Of a stretch of DNA of 64,000 nucleotides, positions 25,301 through 38,900 are shown piece by piece. The DNA comes from Cycas panzhihuaensis. Lineage: Eukaryota > Plantae > Cycadophyta. Below the pieces are notes generated by a model. The model made no database searches, had not been told where the DNA came from, and saw only the letters and a list, made by a program, of their open reading frames with translations. The position numbers and the translations under genes were made by a program. Each line of letters begins with the position of its first letter. Position 1 is the first letter of the stretch. The stretch is taken from NCBI GenBank assembly GCA_023213395.1, contig CM041465.1, forward strand, positions 121,031,741 to 121,095,740. Reading direction: 5' to 3'.

Positions 25301-28300
25301 ATAAAGTAGTATTACCAATGTTGGGGAAGAACTCCATTGAGGTGATACCTGACAATGGATCAAGTACAACTGTTGTAAGGGAAGCAATAACTTCTTCATG
25401 TGACAAAGAAAACCTCTATCATACTGCGGAGAAGCCTACAACATCGACCCATTACCGTAAAAGAAGAACCGACCTATTTTGGAGAAATTTACAATTCTTC
25501 AGATGATGAAAACGAGATGAGATTTGTGGATTATTGGCTACGGGACGATTATGAAGTCAACCCTCATCCTATAGGTGTAACCTACTCTCTGATCAGAATC
25601 GAGGATGTTGATATTAAATCTAAATTTGTGGATTATACAGTGTTAGTAATAACATTAAAACCTAGACCCAAACCCAAATCCCCCTTTTAACCCAAACCCT
25701 TACCCTAATACCCCAACCCCCTCTAACCCTAACCTTCCCTCTACCTCCAGTGTGGGTCTTGAGGTAGATTGCCCTTCCCCACCCCCATCCCAGCCCGAGG
25801 AAGGAAGTAACAAACCTTCCTCATCCGCTTTAGAGGTACACCTACCCAGCAGAAGATCTTTTTCAACCATTGGCGCCAAATTTGAGGACGAAGAAAAGGA
25901 AATTGCTGAGAGTATCCCTAGAGATTCCGGTCTAGGAAACAAAATTGCCACCCGTAATGTAAATCATGAAGAATATGTTGGAGATTATGTGAAGACCTTT
26001 TATGGAGAACCACTATGTGGAATTTACCATTCAAACATTGTAGAGAACATTGGTTAGGAGAAGACCAATTAAGGGATCATAAGAAGAAACCGACAAAGCA
26101 TACCACACCAAGGAAAAGGCGGAAAAAGACAAGGCACAATCGCCACGAAGACATCGATTTCAAGAAGGGTGATCAAGTATGGCGATTCGACAACAAATCC
26201 CAAACAACCCAAGGAGAATTGAAGATGCATTGAAAGGCCCATATAGGATTGAGAAAGTGTACCAGAATGGTACTATCCAGTTGGAAAAACTATCAGGCCA
26301 GCTACTACCTGAAATGGTCAAGGGTAGTAAACTGAAACCCTATATCAACTAGAGTGGAGCAACTTACCAGCCGAATCAGTTGGTTGTACCATAGCGTGTT
26401 GCATGAAGTTGAGGCAAAATCGAATTGCCTTGATACCGGAACGTGATTTAGTTCGGTATGTAACATAAAATACAAAAAAATTAAAAATGTAAAAAACAAC
26501 CGTAACTCATATCATACAAATAAGCAATATAGTGAAGCATGGAGGAAAGATATATCATCATACAAAAAAAATCGAGGGAAAGTTGAAAAAAACAAAGCGC
26601 CCATAGATGAGGATTTATTAACCAAGAATGGCGACCAAGTAGCGGGCGAGCAGGAGGAGCGACCTTTAGAGCAGAGAGGGGAGGAATACCCCAAATTTTG
26701 AATTTTTGAGCAAGGATGCTCAACCCAATCATGTTGACCCGGATAGATGTTGGCATGAAAATTGACTCACGTGCTTGTATTGACCAAAGGAATGCAAGTG
26801 CGGATGATGCAGGTACGCATAGTGGAAAAAGGTAAAAATATGTAACTGGGTACGATGATGAGCGGATACGTGCACATACGTACCTTTCAGGAATGCATGC
26901 AGATAGCAAGGCACAAATGGATGAGATATGACCCAAAGGTGCCCGAAATGATGACGCCAAATTAAAAGGACATAAGTACGGATGTACGGACCAGAAAAGG
27001 CACCATTAAGGAGACTTAATCAGGTCTTCTGGAGAACGGGTACCTTGGTAACAAAAAGGTATGGTTATGACTTTGGGTCATAACCTTTCATCCAAAAGGC
27101 ATCAAAGGGACATATTTAATGGTGCTTTGAGGACCATTCCAGGGTGAGAGCCGAGTTATTCATTCCTATGTCATGTGCTCGAGGGTGAGAGGAGATCAAG
27201 AGTACGCAAAGGTGCGGATGACAAGACGCATGACCCGATTGGAGCATGAGTGCATGATAAGTACCATCCGGCACGCATATGTATGAGGATCGTATGTCAC
27301 TGGAATGCTCAGAACGATTCCACCGTGTAAATGAACTGTTGAATTAATAAAAGAAGAGTTATGTGGAAATTGATGCATTCTTGATGTATGTTGATGATGT
27401 CTTTGAAATATGTATTGAATTACATCTGCGTGTACCATTCATGAATCATATATGGAATGTATGTGGAATGTATGTGTATAACCATGTTGATGTGTCCTAA
27501 AACTAGACTATAGCTACTGTAACCTTGACAAGTGCATTGATTCCACGAAGGGTGTGGAATCTATAAGTCAACAGTGACAGGTCTACCTGACGCAGCAGGG
27601 AACAATGATGATGTAAAGCCACTAATACTTGTGGCGAATTTTCTTGACATAGCAGGGAATGATGAAGTAATACAATGTAAGATGTGGAATCAAAGAGATC
27701 ACAAATAAGTGTGTGGTATAAGTGATTTAATCAAGATAAGCAAGAAAGCTTATATAGAAGCTGGCACGTGGATGCACCCAACTAATAACCAAAGTGATGT
27801 AGGATGTGTAACAAACCCAAACCTCTAACTTGTGTCCAAAGTAGGTGAGGTGTCGATGCCTAGGGGGCTTCTAGCATATATAATAAATGGTCTTCACCTG
27901 CGATACTCGCACCATTCCTTGGTGATGAAATTTAAGTAAACGTGGATCCCAGGTACTGTCAGTCCTTACCCCGTTTACCAATGAGCAATGATATACTCTC
28001 TGAAAAGAAGTACGTGCATATCTCACGACTATGATGGATATTGGTTCGGCTAAATTAATTATCTTGATTAAGGGTTTTCAGTTTTCCTGGATGGTTATCA
28101 GGATAATCCTTGATTGGAGGTCGTAGGTATGGACGATTTGTCCCTCCACAACTATACTGGTTATGACCAAACCCAATATGAAACTCACACCTCCCTTAGG
28201 GCCCGTACTTCGGCCAACCTTGGTTTATTTCAACCAAGGTGAGTATGCACACAAGTCAAGAACTGGCGGTATAAAGTCATCATAATGAGTTGATTTTAAG

Positions 28301-30008
28301 GAAAGTGTTCTTGTTCTCGAATGACATATAAAAATAACTGAAAATTGAATGTAAATGCTCCACTTAAGTGTTGCTGCCATGTCCAAGTGTAGTGATGATA
28401 TGTCCACCTAGTGCCCAAGTGGCATTTAATGAGGTCTCCAAGTACATGCGATCATTAAAATCATAGACATGTGATGAGCCAAATCATCAAATATTGCTCT
28501 GATTCAGATGATTGGCTAGTACAAAGGATTTAAGTGCATTGTTCGTTTTACAAAAGGGCCAAAATAGTCCACCAAAAGCCAAAAAAACTATAAATGTCTA
28601 AAAAAAAAACCCTCTTATATGCAATCATTTTTTCTTTTTTTAAAATAAAGGAAAAAAATTTTTAGAAATACAATGTAAGCTAAAAAATCAAATTTTTAGC
28701 AAGCCAAGTCTACTGTTGGATAGATTGTACCGTCTGTTGTATTATTATATGGCACAAATTTTAAAAAAATTCAAAAAAATTAAAAAATTTTAGATTTGTT
28801 GCCCTTCACTTGCACTTTACAAATATATAAAAAATTTTATCAAAAACAAGCAAAAAGGCTTGTTTTAGCTCACAGCCAAAATGTACTGGAAAACCCAAAA
28901 ATGCTGATAACTTTTCAACGGAGCATCGGATTCATGCAAGACCTATCCCAAATGATAGATCGGGACGAGGAGATGTAAAAACATGCATTAAAGCAGGAAA
29001 AAACTCCTCAGATTTTTTCATATATGAGATGTTTAAATTTGGAGGGTGACTACCTAAAGCAGGTTGTTTGACCGCTTTAACCTCGAATTCTGGCATCGCT
29101 CCAGTGGACAAAAGTGATTAGGAGGCTAAAATGCACCTACTGGTGAAATTTCGTGTGATTTTGAGTTTTTTGATTTTTTAACTGTACAATTGTCTGTAAT
29201 TTCGTACAATTCATACAACATCCATATGATTTGATTTCAGACTTCAAAATTTGCTTCTATATTAGTGAAAATCACTGATTTCTTCTTCTGCAAGTTATAA
29301 ATATGATTTTTACTATAAAAATAGGTGAAAAATTAGTTAGAAATGCCAGATTTGGGGCTAAAAAAAAGGCTAAAAATTGTTATAAGATGAGCATTTTTTG
29401 TGCTCTTTTAGGCCTGTAAATAGGTTGCTTTAAGTAGCCACATTTCTTCCTTTAATCTGCAGAAATAAAATAGTACAAGAGCATACAGATTTATACTAAA
29501 AATCTGCTAAAAAGACATTCAAAAATGGATTTAAAAAATATCTCAACTCTTCACTTCACATGAATGGTGAAGAAGATGGGAAAATAGCTTGCAATCTCCT
29601 TGCAAGTGAGTGTGGCACTAGGATCCTCCCAATGGATCTGATACTACTTGTGGAGGGAATGGATCTAGGGATCTAGTGCACTAACACTACACAATGGCAA
29701 ATAGTGAAGACAAGCATAATGTACTCAACAAGAGATGCTAATAATTTGAGCTCAAAGAGAAGTGTAGAATGATCACTCTCCATGTAATTTTAGCTTATTT
29801 AATGAGAATGTCATTAGGGTTTGGAATTTGAGTTTTTCCTCCCAATGACATTCAGATGAGATTACATGAAATTACAGTGAAATGAACTTTATGTCATTTC
29901 ACTTAAGTGATTTAAGCATAGTCACCTTATCCTAAAGTTACAAACATAAAAGTGACTTTATCTAATTCTAACTTTATGAAATGACCATGTGACATTAACA
30001 TCATCACA
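16346..30008 (-). mobile_element. Nested Ty1/Copia element (3' LTR 16346-16702, 5' LTR 29649-30008) with degenerate gag-pol at ~17200-21690
   Basis: Perfect TSD CTTTA (16341-16345, 30009-30013) splits the host HGLYKLD motif. LTRs near-identical. Integrase YLRTDNGG/TPQQNGIVER, RT HQLDVKTAFL, RNase H STVEAEY. Confidence 0.92.
21793..27573 (+). mobile_element. Nested non-autonomous Ty3/Gypsy element (LTRs 21793-22627 and 26748-27573; gag, protease and integrase C-terminus only)
   Basis: Perfect TSD GTGAC (21788-21792, 27574-27578). PBS TGGTTCCGCTGC (tRNA-Glu-like). Several CCHC knuckles, protease IVDGGAAVN, KGPY integrase tail. No RT, RNase H or DDE core visible. Confidence 0.92.
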
Positions 30009-32909
30009 CTTTACAAGTTGGATGCTTCTAATATCACATTTGATACTTCACAAGCATATGTCTCACAGTCACTGACAAATGAACAGTTATGGCACAATAG
30101 GCTAGGTCATGAAGCTAGACAACATCAAAATGATGTTCAATAAATACACGGGGTTTGAACTTCCTAAGATTTTAGCACAAAAATGTCTTTGTGAAGCTTG
30201 CATAATGGGGAAATAACATCAGGAGCCTTTTCTAAAAGGCAATGCATGGCGTGCATCGCAACCTTTGCAACTGTTACATATAGATCTAGGTAGACCCATG
30301 TCCAGATCTTCTCTTGGAAGCACATTGTACTACATCACTTTCATTGATGAGTTCTCACATAAAGTTTGGGTTTATTTCATTAAACATAAATCTGAAGCTT
30401 TGGACAAATTCAAAGAATTCAAACTTGCTATTGAGAAAGAATCATATCTGCCAATTAAAATATTGCAATCTGGCAATGGAAGCATGTTTACTTCAATGGA
30501 GTTCAACCAGTTTTGCAAAGATCATGGGATCAAGAGACAACTCACTGCTCCTTGCACACCTCAGCAAAATGGAGTAGCTGAGAGGATGAATGTGACTTTG
30601 ACAAACAAAGCCAAAACCATGATGCATGCAAAGGGTCTTCCACTTTCTTATTGGACAGAAGCATTTCATACAAGAATTTATATTTCCAGTAGGACCTTAA
30701 AACAACAATCACCAATATGACACCAGAGGAGGCTTGGATTGGTAAAAGGCCAACCATTATCCATTTGTGCACTTTTGGGTGCGTTGCATACATGCATATT
30801 CCCTAACAACAAAGGTAGAAACTAGACGAAAAAAGTCTAAAATGCATTTTCATTAGTTACTTTATCGGCATCAAGGCGTATAGAGTGTATAATCCTATTA
30901 CTAAGAAAATACATGTATCAAGAGATGTTATCTTTGTTGAGGATAATGAGGAGATGGAATCGACATCCATCCATTTTCCTTTTGACAAAGGCCAACAGAT
31001 TGTTGAGGACTTCCTTTCCTTACAATCTTTTACACCATGTTCTTTTTCTGTTCTTGTTGCTTCTTCATCAACACCTGCTCCATCCACATCATCAATTTCG
31101 CTTGACCCTCGTAGTCCTTTTGTTGACCAACCACTTAAGGCCTAGGATATTGAGGTTATCACTACAATGACAAAAAAACTACTTAAATGGTTTACTCAAA
31201 CAATATAGGATGCACAAATAATTAAAAGAAAATGCCCATCAAAGATAAGGCGACATTATGTTAACTATGTACTTATGGTTGAAGTGCTTTGTGTTGATTA
31301 GCCTTTCACTTTTGAGGAGACATGTTAAAATGAAAAATGGAAAGGCATTCTATTCAAAAAAATGGAATATGGGATTTGGTAAAATTGGCTAAGGACAAAT
31401 AGGCAATCAATTGCAAAAGGAGATATAAAACCAAATTTTGATCTGATGATTCTATCAAGCGACACAGGGCTCGACTAGTGCCTAAAGCATTCAAACAGAA
31501 AGAAGGCATTGACTATGGAGAAACCTTTGTACATATGGAAAATATGAACACCTTTAAACTAATATTGGCTGGAATTGCTCAATGCAAGTGGTCAATCTAT
31601 CAGATGGATGTGAAGAGCGCCTTTCTCAATGACGATCTCACAGAGGAGGTATATTTGGCTCAATCTCCTAGATACATTTCACATGACAAGGAGCACTTAG
31701 CCTGTTGCCTCAAAAAGGCTTTGTATGGATTGAAATAGTCCCCTAGACCATGGTACTTAAAAATCGACATCTATAGACCCATAGATCCGTAGTTGTCAGA
31801 CATCTTTACTAAGACACTTGGTAGAGAAAATTTTGAAAAATTTTAAGAAATAATCTTGAGTAAAACTTAACATTGTAAATATTAAAGGGGTGTGTTAGAC
31901 CTTTATGTTAAAATGTTATGTACTTTATATTGTGAAGTGTTGTACTTATGTAAGGGTACTTTATCACTTAATGTGATAAAGTACACACCCACATTCTTTC
32001 TAGTGATGCAATGTTGTGACTTGAGGGCCAATGTACCCCTCATGCACTTTTGCACATAAGAGAGCTCAAAGGACACTTGTTCCACATGCAAAGAGCATGG
32101 CTTGTGTCAAACATCCAACCCCCTAAGAGTCTCCTCCTCTTTTATATAAGGAGACCATTTCTCATATAAAGCATTTGAGAATGAGGTATTGTATTGTTAT
32201 ATTGCTTATTTGAATACAAGTCAATTTTGTTATTTTGGAGTTAGGATCAATTCCTACTCCTCCATTTGCTAGTGCTCTTATATGCTTGAGTGTATGCTTG
32301 CTTACTTGCTTGTCCATTTAGTGTTATTGGTTTGATGCTAATCATTTGAATCTTTTACCATAATGTGCTCCCCATATGACCCTAGGCTTTCAAGGTGTCC
32401 ACCTGCCATTACCTACAACCCAATGACATTAATAAAACATAAGCATCCAACAACCAATTGTTGCTAATCTTGGGTAAATTGCTACAATTACCACTGCCAT
32501 CCACATAAGATATTCTGGCCATGAACTCACTGCATGATTGCAATTGATGAAACTAAATGCAAGGTCTAAATGAAGTATTTAGACAACTACTATAAATATA
32601 AAATGCATCATATTATTTATGTGTTGATGTGATATATTTCACATGTATTTTTCATAAAATGGATTCTCACGAGTACTTATCTATCATAAATTAAATTTTG
32701 ACAATTGTGAATAAAAATATGCTAGAAAATTTTCAAATATGAGCTTGCAAAAGGTTTTTTCACCACTTGCCTTAATTTCAACCTTAAAAGAATGTTAGAA
32801 ATCAAAACCCAATATATGCTTGTAGCCACTTGTTTTGAAGGCATTGGATTCTACTTTCGATTGCAATTTACTGCAATCCAATTTCTTATATGAAAGTTAA
32901 GTAAAAAAT

Positions 32910-35900
32910 TGTGTTAGTAGGTTTGAAAAATCGTGAATGGTTATGTTAGCATGGTAATTAATATTGTGTTAGTTAATATTAAGTCGCATGATTAATGTTA
33001 TATGTGGTAAGCGTTAAGCCCAAAAGTGCAAATCTTAGAGAGTTGCAACCAATGGGTTGGACATATTGTTTGAGGGATTATAAAAGATCCTAGAGTCCAT
33101 TATAAAACCATTGAATCATGTTGTGATCAAGGTGTGATTAAACAATGATGTAATAAGTGATCAAGAAGGAATCAATATAATCTTTTCATTGTTCCTATTA
33201 GCATGGTAGTTAAGGCTAAGCGACTTCTTTAATGTTAAATGTGGTTTAGTTAATGTCAAGTGAAAGGTGCAAATATTTTTTAGGGTCACAACCATTCAAG
33301 TTGGACGTGTCGTTTGGGGGACTATAAATAACCTTGGAATCCATTGTAAATTCATCCAAGAATCATCTATGTGATCTATCTTTCATGGTGGGTTTCTTCC
33401 CAAAAGGGATTCCTGCATAAATATTGTGTACTATGTACCTATGCCTTTTATTGTTGCTTGTTGGAGCGATAATTTTCACTCTGTCTCAGAATTCCTTTTG
33501 AAATCCCTTGAAAAATAACAAGTATGCTAGGAATTGGTAAAAGATAGCAGCGGCAATTGATCAAAAATATCTCCACTTATGAGAATACTTCTAAGGAAAA
33601 GATGCACTAAAGATATTAAATGTATAAGCTCGATGGTTGAAGCAAACTTCCCTCTTTGAGGCGAGGAAACCTCCAAAAATAGTAGCCCAATAGGGTCGAG
33701 CTAATTGCAGCACTAAGATCAAGAAAAAGCTAGGAAACAACTTGTTGAGATACCTAGGAATGAGGTCTTAGAACCCTATATATAGCTTCTTGATATCTCC
33801 TTAATAAAGTTGGCTAGATTAGGTAATTATCGAGAGGTTAGTCTACATGTAAATCGGCTAGAATATTGGTATAGAAGTCAGCAAATTGGAGGGTGTTTTG
33901 GATTACGACAAGTCCTTTCCCTCAAAAGCATGCTTTGCCCTCAAAGTATGGGTAATTTTGGATGTTGTTGATTCCATTCTTCACTTTCCCAGGTTGCATC
34001 TTCTAAATCTAGTGTTTTCCATTTTATGAGGTATTCCTTAAATTTCCTAGATTGTAATTTGTAGGATCCCTTCATTTTCCCTTCTTCATCAAGCTTAGGG
34101 ACTATCGTTTGAGGTGTTATTTTTTCCCCTATTTTCTTCTTAAGGCATGACACGTGAAAAACATTGTGAATTTTGCTTCCTGGTGGTAATATTAAGTGAT
34201 AGGCTACTTCCCCAATTCTTTCACTAACTTGATATGGTCTGAAAAATCATGGTGGTAGTTTTTGTTTGTTTGTCTGTTGCATTGATGCTTATTTGTACGG
34301 TTGAAGTCTTTCTTAGAAAGACCCAGTCCCCTATTTTGAAACTCCTTTTTGACCTTTATGTGTTCGCTTGTTGCCTCATTCTATTTCTCGTTGTGTCCGA
34401 GTTATCCTTTAGTGTTCAAACTACTTGTTCTAGTTGTTCTTGTTGTTCTCGATTGGATTGTACTTGTGATACTTTTGCCCAATTAAGTATAGATGGAGGT
34501 TTGCATCTGTATAATGCTTTGAATGATGTCATCTTTGCTGCCATATGGTAGTAGTATTGTACCACCATTCCGCTAAGTGAAACCATTTATGCCATTGATT
34601 TTGTTTATCTGATGAAAAATTTTGTAAGTATCCCTCCAGGCATTTGTTTATTACTTTCATATGCCCATCTGTTTGTGGGTGATAGGTTGTGCTCATATTT
34701 AGCTTTGTTTCAACTAGTTTAAATAGATCTTACCAAAAGTAACTTGTAAATTTTGGGTCTCGGTCACTAATTATGATTTTGGGGAACCCGTGTAGGCGAT
34801 GTATCTCTTTGATATATACCTCGACTATTTGACTTACTTTTGTTGTTGTTTGTGTGCCCCTGAAGTGTGCATATTTGATGAGTCTTCCCATGACTATAAA
34901 AATGCCATACTTTCCTTCCGATCAAGGAAGTCCCATGATAAAGTCCATAGAAATTTCTGTCCATTTTTGATATAGGATATGCAAGGGTTGTAGCAACCTT
35001 GGGCTCTTTACGCATTCACTTTTGTTACGTTGGAAGGTGTTACATTTCGATACTATTTTGAGGACATTTGCCTTCATTCTTGCCCAAAAAAAGAGTTTTG
35101 TAACTTCTGATATGTTTTGTCTATTCATGTATGCCCTAATGTAGGTGTCGAGTGGGCTTCTTCTAATAGACTATTTTTTATTTAAGATGTCTTTGGGATG
35201 AATATTTTCCCTTTCCGTAGAATTAAGTCCCCTTGTGTTTCAAACTTTGAAGTCTTTTGGTCTTGTATCTCTTCTAATATCTTCTATGAGGATGAGTCGA
35301 CCCTGTATTCCTTAACTAGTTCTTGAATCTAATTGGGAGTGGCCATTGTTACTATTTTGAAGGATACCTCCCTATTATTCTCTTCTGGTATTCTTGATAA
35401 TGCGTCTGCTATGACATTCTCTTTCCCTCATTTGTACTCAATATTCAAGTCAAAAGTCTATAACTTGCTAACCCATCTTTGTTCATCAGATAATGTTTTA
35501 TGATTTAGAAAGTACTTAGACTATCGTGATCTGTCCTAACTATGAATTTATTCCCTAGTAGATATTGGTGCCATTGTTGGAGAGAATGCATGATTGCTAG
35601 CATTTCTTTATCATATATTGGTTTAAGCTTCTCTCTATTATTTAATTTCCTGCTCTTATAAACTATTGGTCGTTCTTCTTGTATGAGGACTGCCCCAATT
35701 CCAAACCCCGAAGCGTCACATTCCAAGATAAACAGTTGGGAGAAATTTGGTATTGCCAAGATTGGTGTTGAGACCATAGCCTTCTTAAGTGCTTGAAATG
35801 CTTCTTCTTCTAATGAATTCCATCTTAAAGCATACTTTTATGTAAGATCAGTTAATAGAGATGCGATATGGGCATATCTTTTAATGAACTTTCGAAAAAA

Positions 35901-38900
35901 CCTTGTTGCCCCTAAAAGACTTCTGATGCTAGTTACATTCTTTGGTGTTGGCCAATTGATGATGGCTTGAATCTTCTTAGGGTTTATCTTAATGTCGTCC
36001 CTTGTGATAATGTGGCCCAAATATTCTAGCTCCTCCTTTCTGAATGTGCACTTCTTTATGTTTGCATAGAACTAATTTTCCTCTAAAATTTGTAGGACTA
36101 TCTTGATGTGCTCTAGATGTTCCTTCCATGTTTTGCTATGTATCAGGATATCATCAAAAAAGACTAATATGAACTTCTGCAAGAATTGTTTGAATATGGA
36201 ATTCATAGTGCTTTGGAATGTTGCCGAAGCATTTGTTAATCCAAAGGGCGTGGACTTGAATTTGATTAATCCCTCATGAGTGTGGAATGTTGTTTTGTAG
36301 ATATGTTCCTTTTTGATACATATTTGATAATATCTAGATTGTAAGTCAATTTTTGAAAAGTATCTAGTTCCATGGATTTCGTCGAGTAAATCATCTATCC
36401 TGGGGATCGAGTAATGATTCTTTATCGTTAGTTTATTTAATACTTGGTAATCTACACACATTCTATACGATCAATCCTTTTTTGGATTTAACACCATTGG
36501 AGATGCGAATGGACTTATACTATTTGAGATCTACCCTTGGAATAGGAGTTCCCGAGTGGTCTTTTCAATTTCTTTCCTAAGATGGTATGGATGCCTGTAT
36601 GGTCGTATGTTCACAGGCGTTTCCCCTAGTACTAATTCAATGGCGTGCTAATAGTCATGTTGTGGAGGAATCCCTTGTGGTTCCTCAAATACTGAGCTGT
36701 GTTCATCTATAATTTCTTGTACTTTTGAAGGTATGTCTTCCACCGCTATTTTGTAGCATGTTAGTATGAATGTTGAAGGATTTTTCTTTAGTATCTTCTC
36801 CATACGATGTGAAGATACTAATTGCACTGAAGGTGTGGTTGGTGCTTGTAGTCTATATTTGCGTTCATTTTGATAGAAACACATAAACTGCGTCATATAA
36901 TTAGTGACTATGTTCTCCAAGGTCTGAAGCCAATGAATGCCTAAGATTGCATCTACTCCTCCAATCAACATTGCAAACATGCACGTGGTTACTGAGTATT
37001 TGCCGATTTGCAATCTTATTGACTTGTAATATCCTCCACATGGTGTTGTTTTCCCATTCGCAATAGAAACTTGGAAAGTGTTTAATGGTTGTATCTCTAA
37101 TCTCAATTTCTCGACTATGGCTCTATTGATAAAATTGTGGGTGCTCACACCATCTACCGATATTGCCATTGGAGTTCCTTTGATCGTTTCTTGAAATCAA
37201 AGAGTTTGAGGAGTGACATGTTGCCCTGTAATTGCCTGTAAAGAGATTTGCACATTCTCTGTATCTACTCCCAGAAGTTTTCAACTCCTTCTGGATTTTG
37301 GTTGTTTTCTTCTCCTTCTTCCCCTTCCGGATTTTCCACGTTCTCATTATTTAAGGTGTTCTTCTTTCGATGTTTCCCTGGTTTCATTTGTATTCCTTAT
37401 TGCTAATGGAGCATCTATTTTTGTTCTTGAATAGGTCCAAATTAGGTTAGTCCCCTAATATTGGTATGTACTTGGTTCATTTTTGCGAATATAAGTGGGT
37501 TTCCCTTCCCTGAAATCTACTTGAATGTTCTTTGCTATCTTAATTACTTCCTGAATAGTTGTTGGATTCATCGATTTGATCTATCTTTTCAGGCTGCTGA
37601 TATAAGTTTCCATAATATATTTTGCTGGAATCCATTCTGAGATTAAACATTAGAGGCTTTGAAACTGTTCTATGTATTCTTGTATCGATCCATGTTGTTG
37701 CAGTCAAGTTAATTGGGCGAAATAGTCGGTGCTCCATGAGTCTTCGTACTGAGTAATTAGACCTACTTTTAGATATTCCCATGTTTTGCATATGCCCATG
37801 TTGGTCTTTCACCACTAGTAGAACCATTTTAATGCTTTCCATATAAGTGGAGAGATGTTATTGATATTTTGTCTTTCTCTGATAGTGCATATACTTGAAA
37901 ATGTCTCCATTTGTAGTAGCCAGCTTTGAATATCTCGTGATCTATTCGGTTCAAATTTTTCTGGTGTGAATTTAGTTCCTTTGAGACCATGGCCTGCTTG
38001 CTTTGTCTTCTGATTCTAACATTCGTAGGCTATCCCATTATATCTTCTTTGATTCCTTTGTTGATTCTCCCCTTGATCACTTTGATCCTAGAATTCTTCA
38101 TCAACTTCTAGAAAGACTCATAGTTTCTCTATCCCTGATGTTTCTTCCTCTTGTGGGTCTAATTTCTTATTGAGGGTATCAATAGAGGCCTAGATGCTTC
38201 TAAGAGAGTTAATGATTTCCTCAAACATTTTGATAAATGTCTATTACTCTTTGTTCCCTGTTTCTTCAACTATTGTTGACTGATGATGCACCATCCTGTT
38301 CTGTTGAAGATTTTTTCTTGATCTCAGCTCCGTTTGGTGTATCAAAGAAGTTCGGACAAAGGGTGGGATGGGCGGGAAGGAATATTTATTTCCCTTTAGG
38401 GGGGAAAAATTTACTTTCCCCCTAGGAAAATTTTTTTAGGATAGCTTCAACGAAGCTCTGATACCACTTGGAGCGATAACTCTCACTCTGTCTTAGAATT
38501 CCTCTTGAAATCCCTTGAAAAATAACAATTATGCTAGGAATTGGTAAAAGATAGTAGCAGTGATTGATCAAAAATATCTCCACAGGTGAGAATACTTCTA
38601 AGGAAAAGATGTACTAAAGATATTAAATGTATAAGCCAGATGGTTGAAATAAACTTCCCTCTTTGAGGTGAGGAAACCTCCAAAAATAGCAGTCCAAAAG
38701 GGTCGAGCTAATTGCAACGCTAAGGCTGAGCAAAAGCTAGGAAACAACTTGTTGAGATATTTGGGAATGAGGCCTTAGAACCCTATATATAGCTGCTTGA
38801 TATTTCCTTAATGAAGTTGGATAGACTAGGTAATTACTGGGAGTTTAGTTTGCATGTAAATCAGCCAGAATACTGGTGTAGAAGTCAGCCAACTGGAGGG

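Larger units (their letters stand above)
12507..32392 (+). mobile_element. Ty1/Copia element, outer host of a three-level nest (LTRs 12507-13020 and 31893-32392)
   Basis: Homologous LTRs; PBS TGGTATCAAAGC at 13024. Gag with CHYCDKMGHILSKC, protease WIVNSGASRHM, integrase 30265-30950 (TPQQNGVAER), RT fragment YQMDVKSAFL. Most of RT/RNase H is deleted near 31770. TSD is degraded (GGATG/AGGTG). Confidence 0.9.

Noticed and set aside
25655-25745. Telomere-like C-rich tract (AACCC.. repeats)
   Set aside because: Irregular, and it lies in a Pro-rich linker of the Gypsy element; not a true telomeric array.
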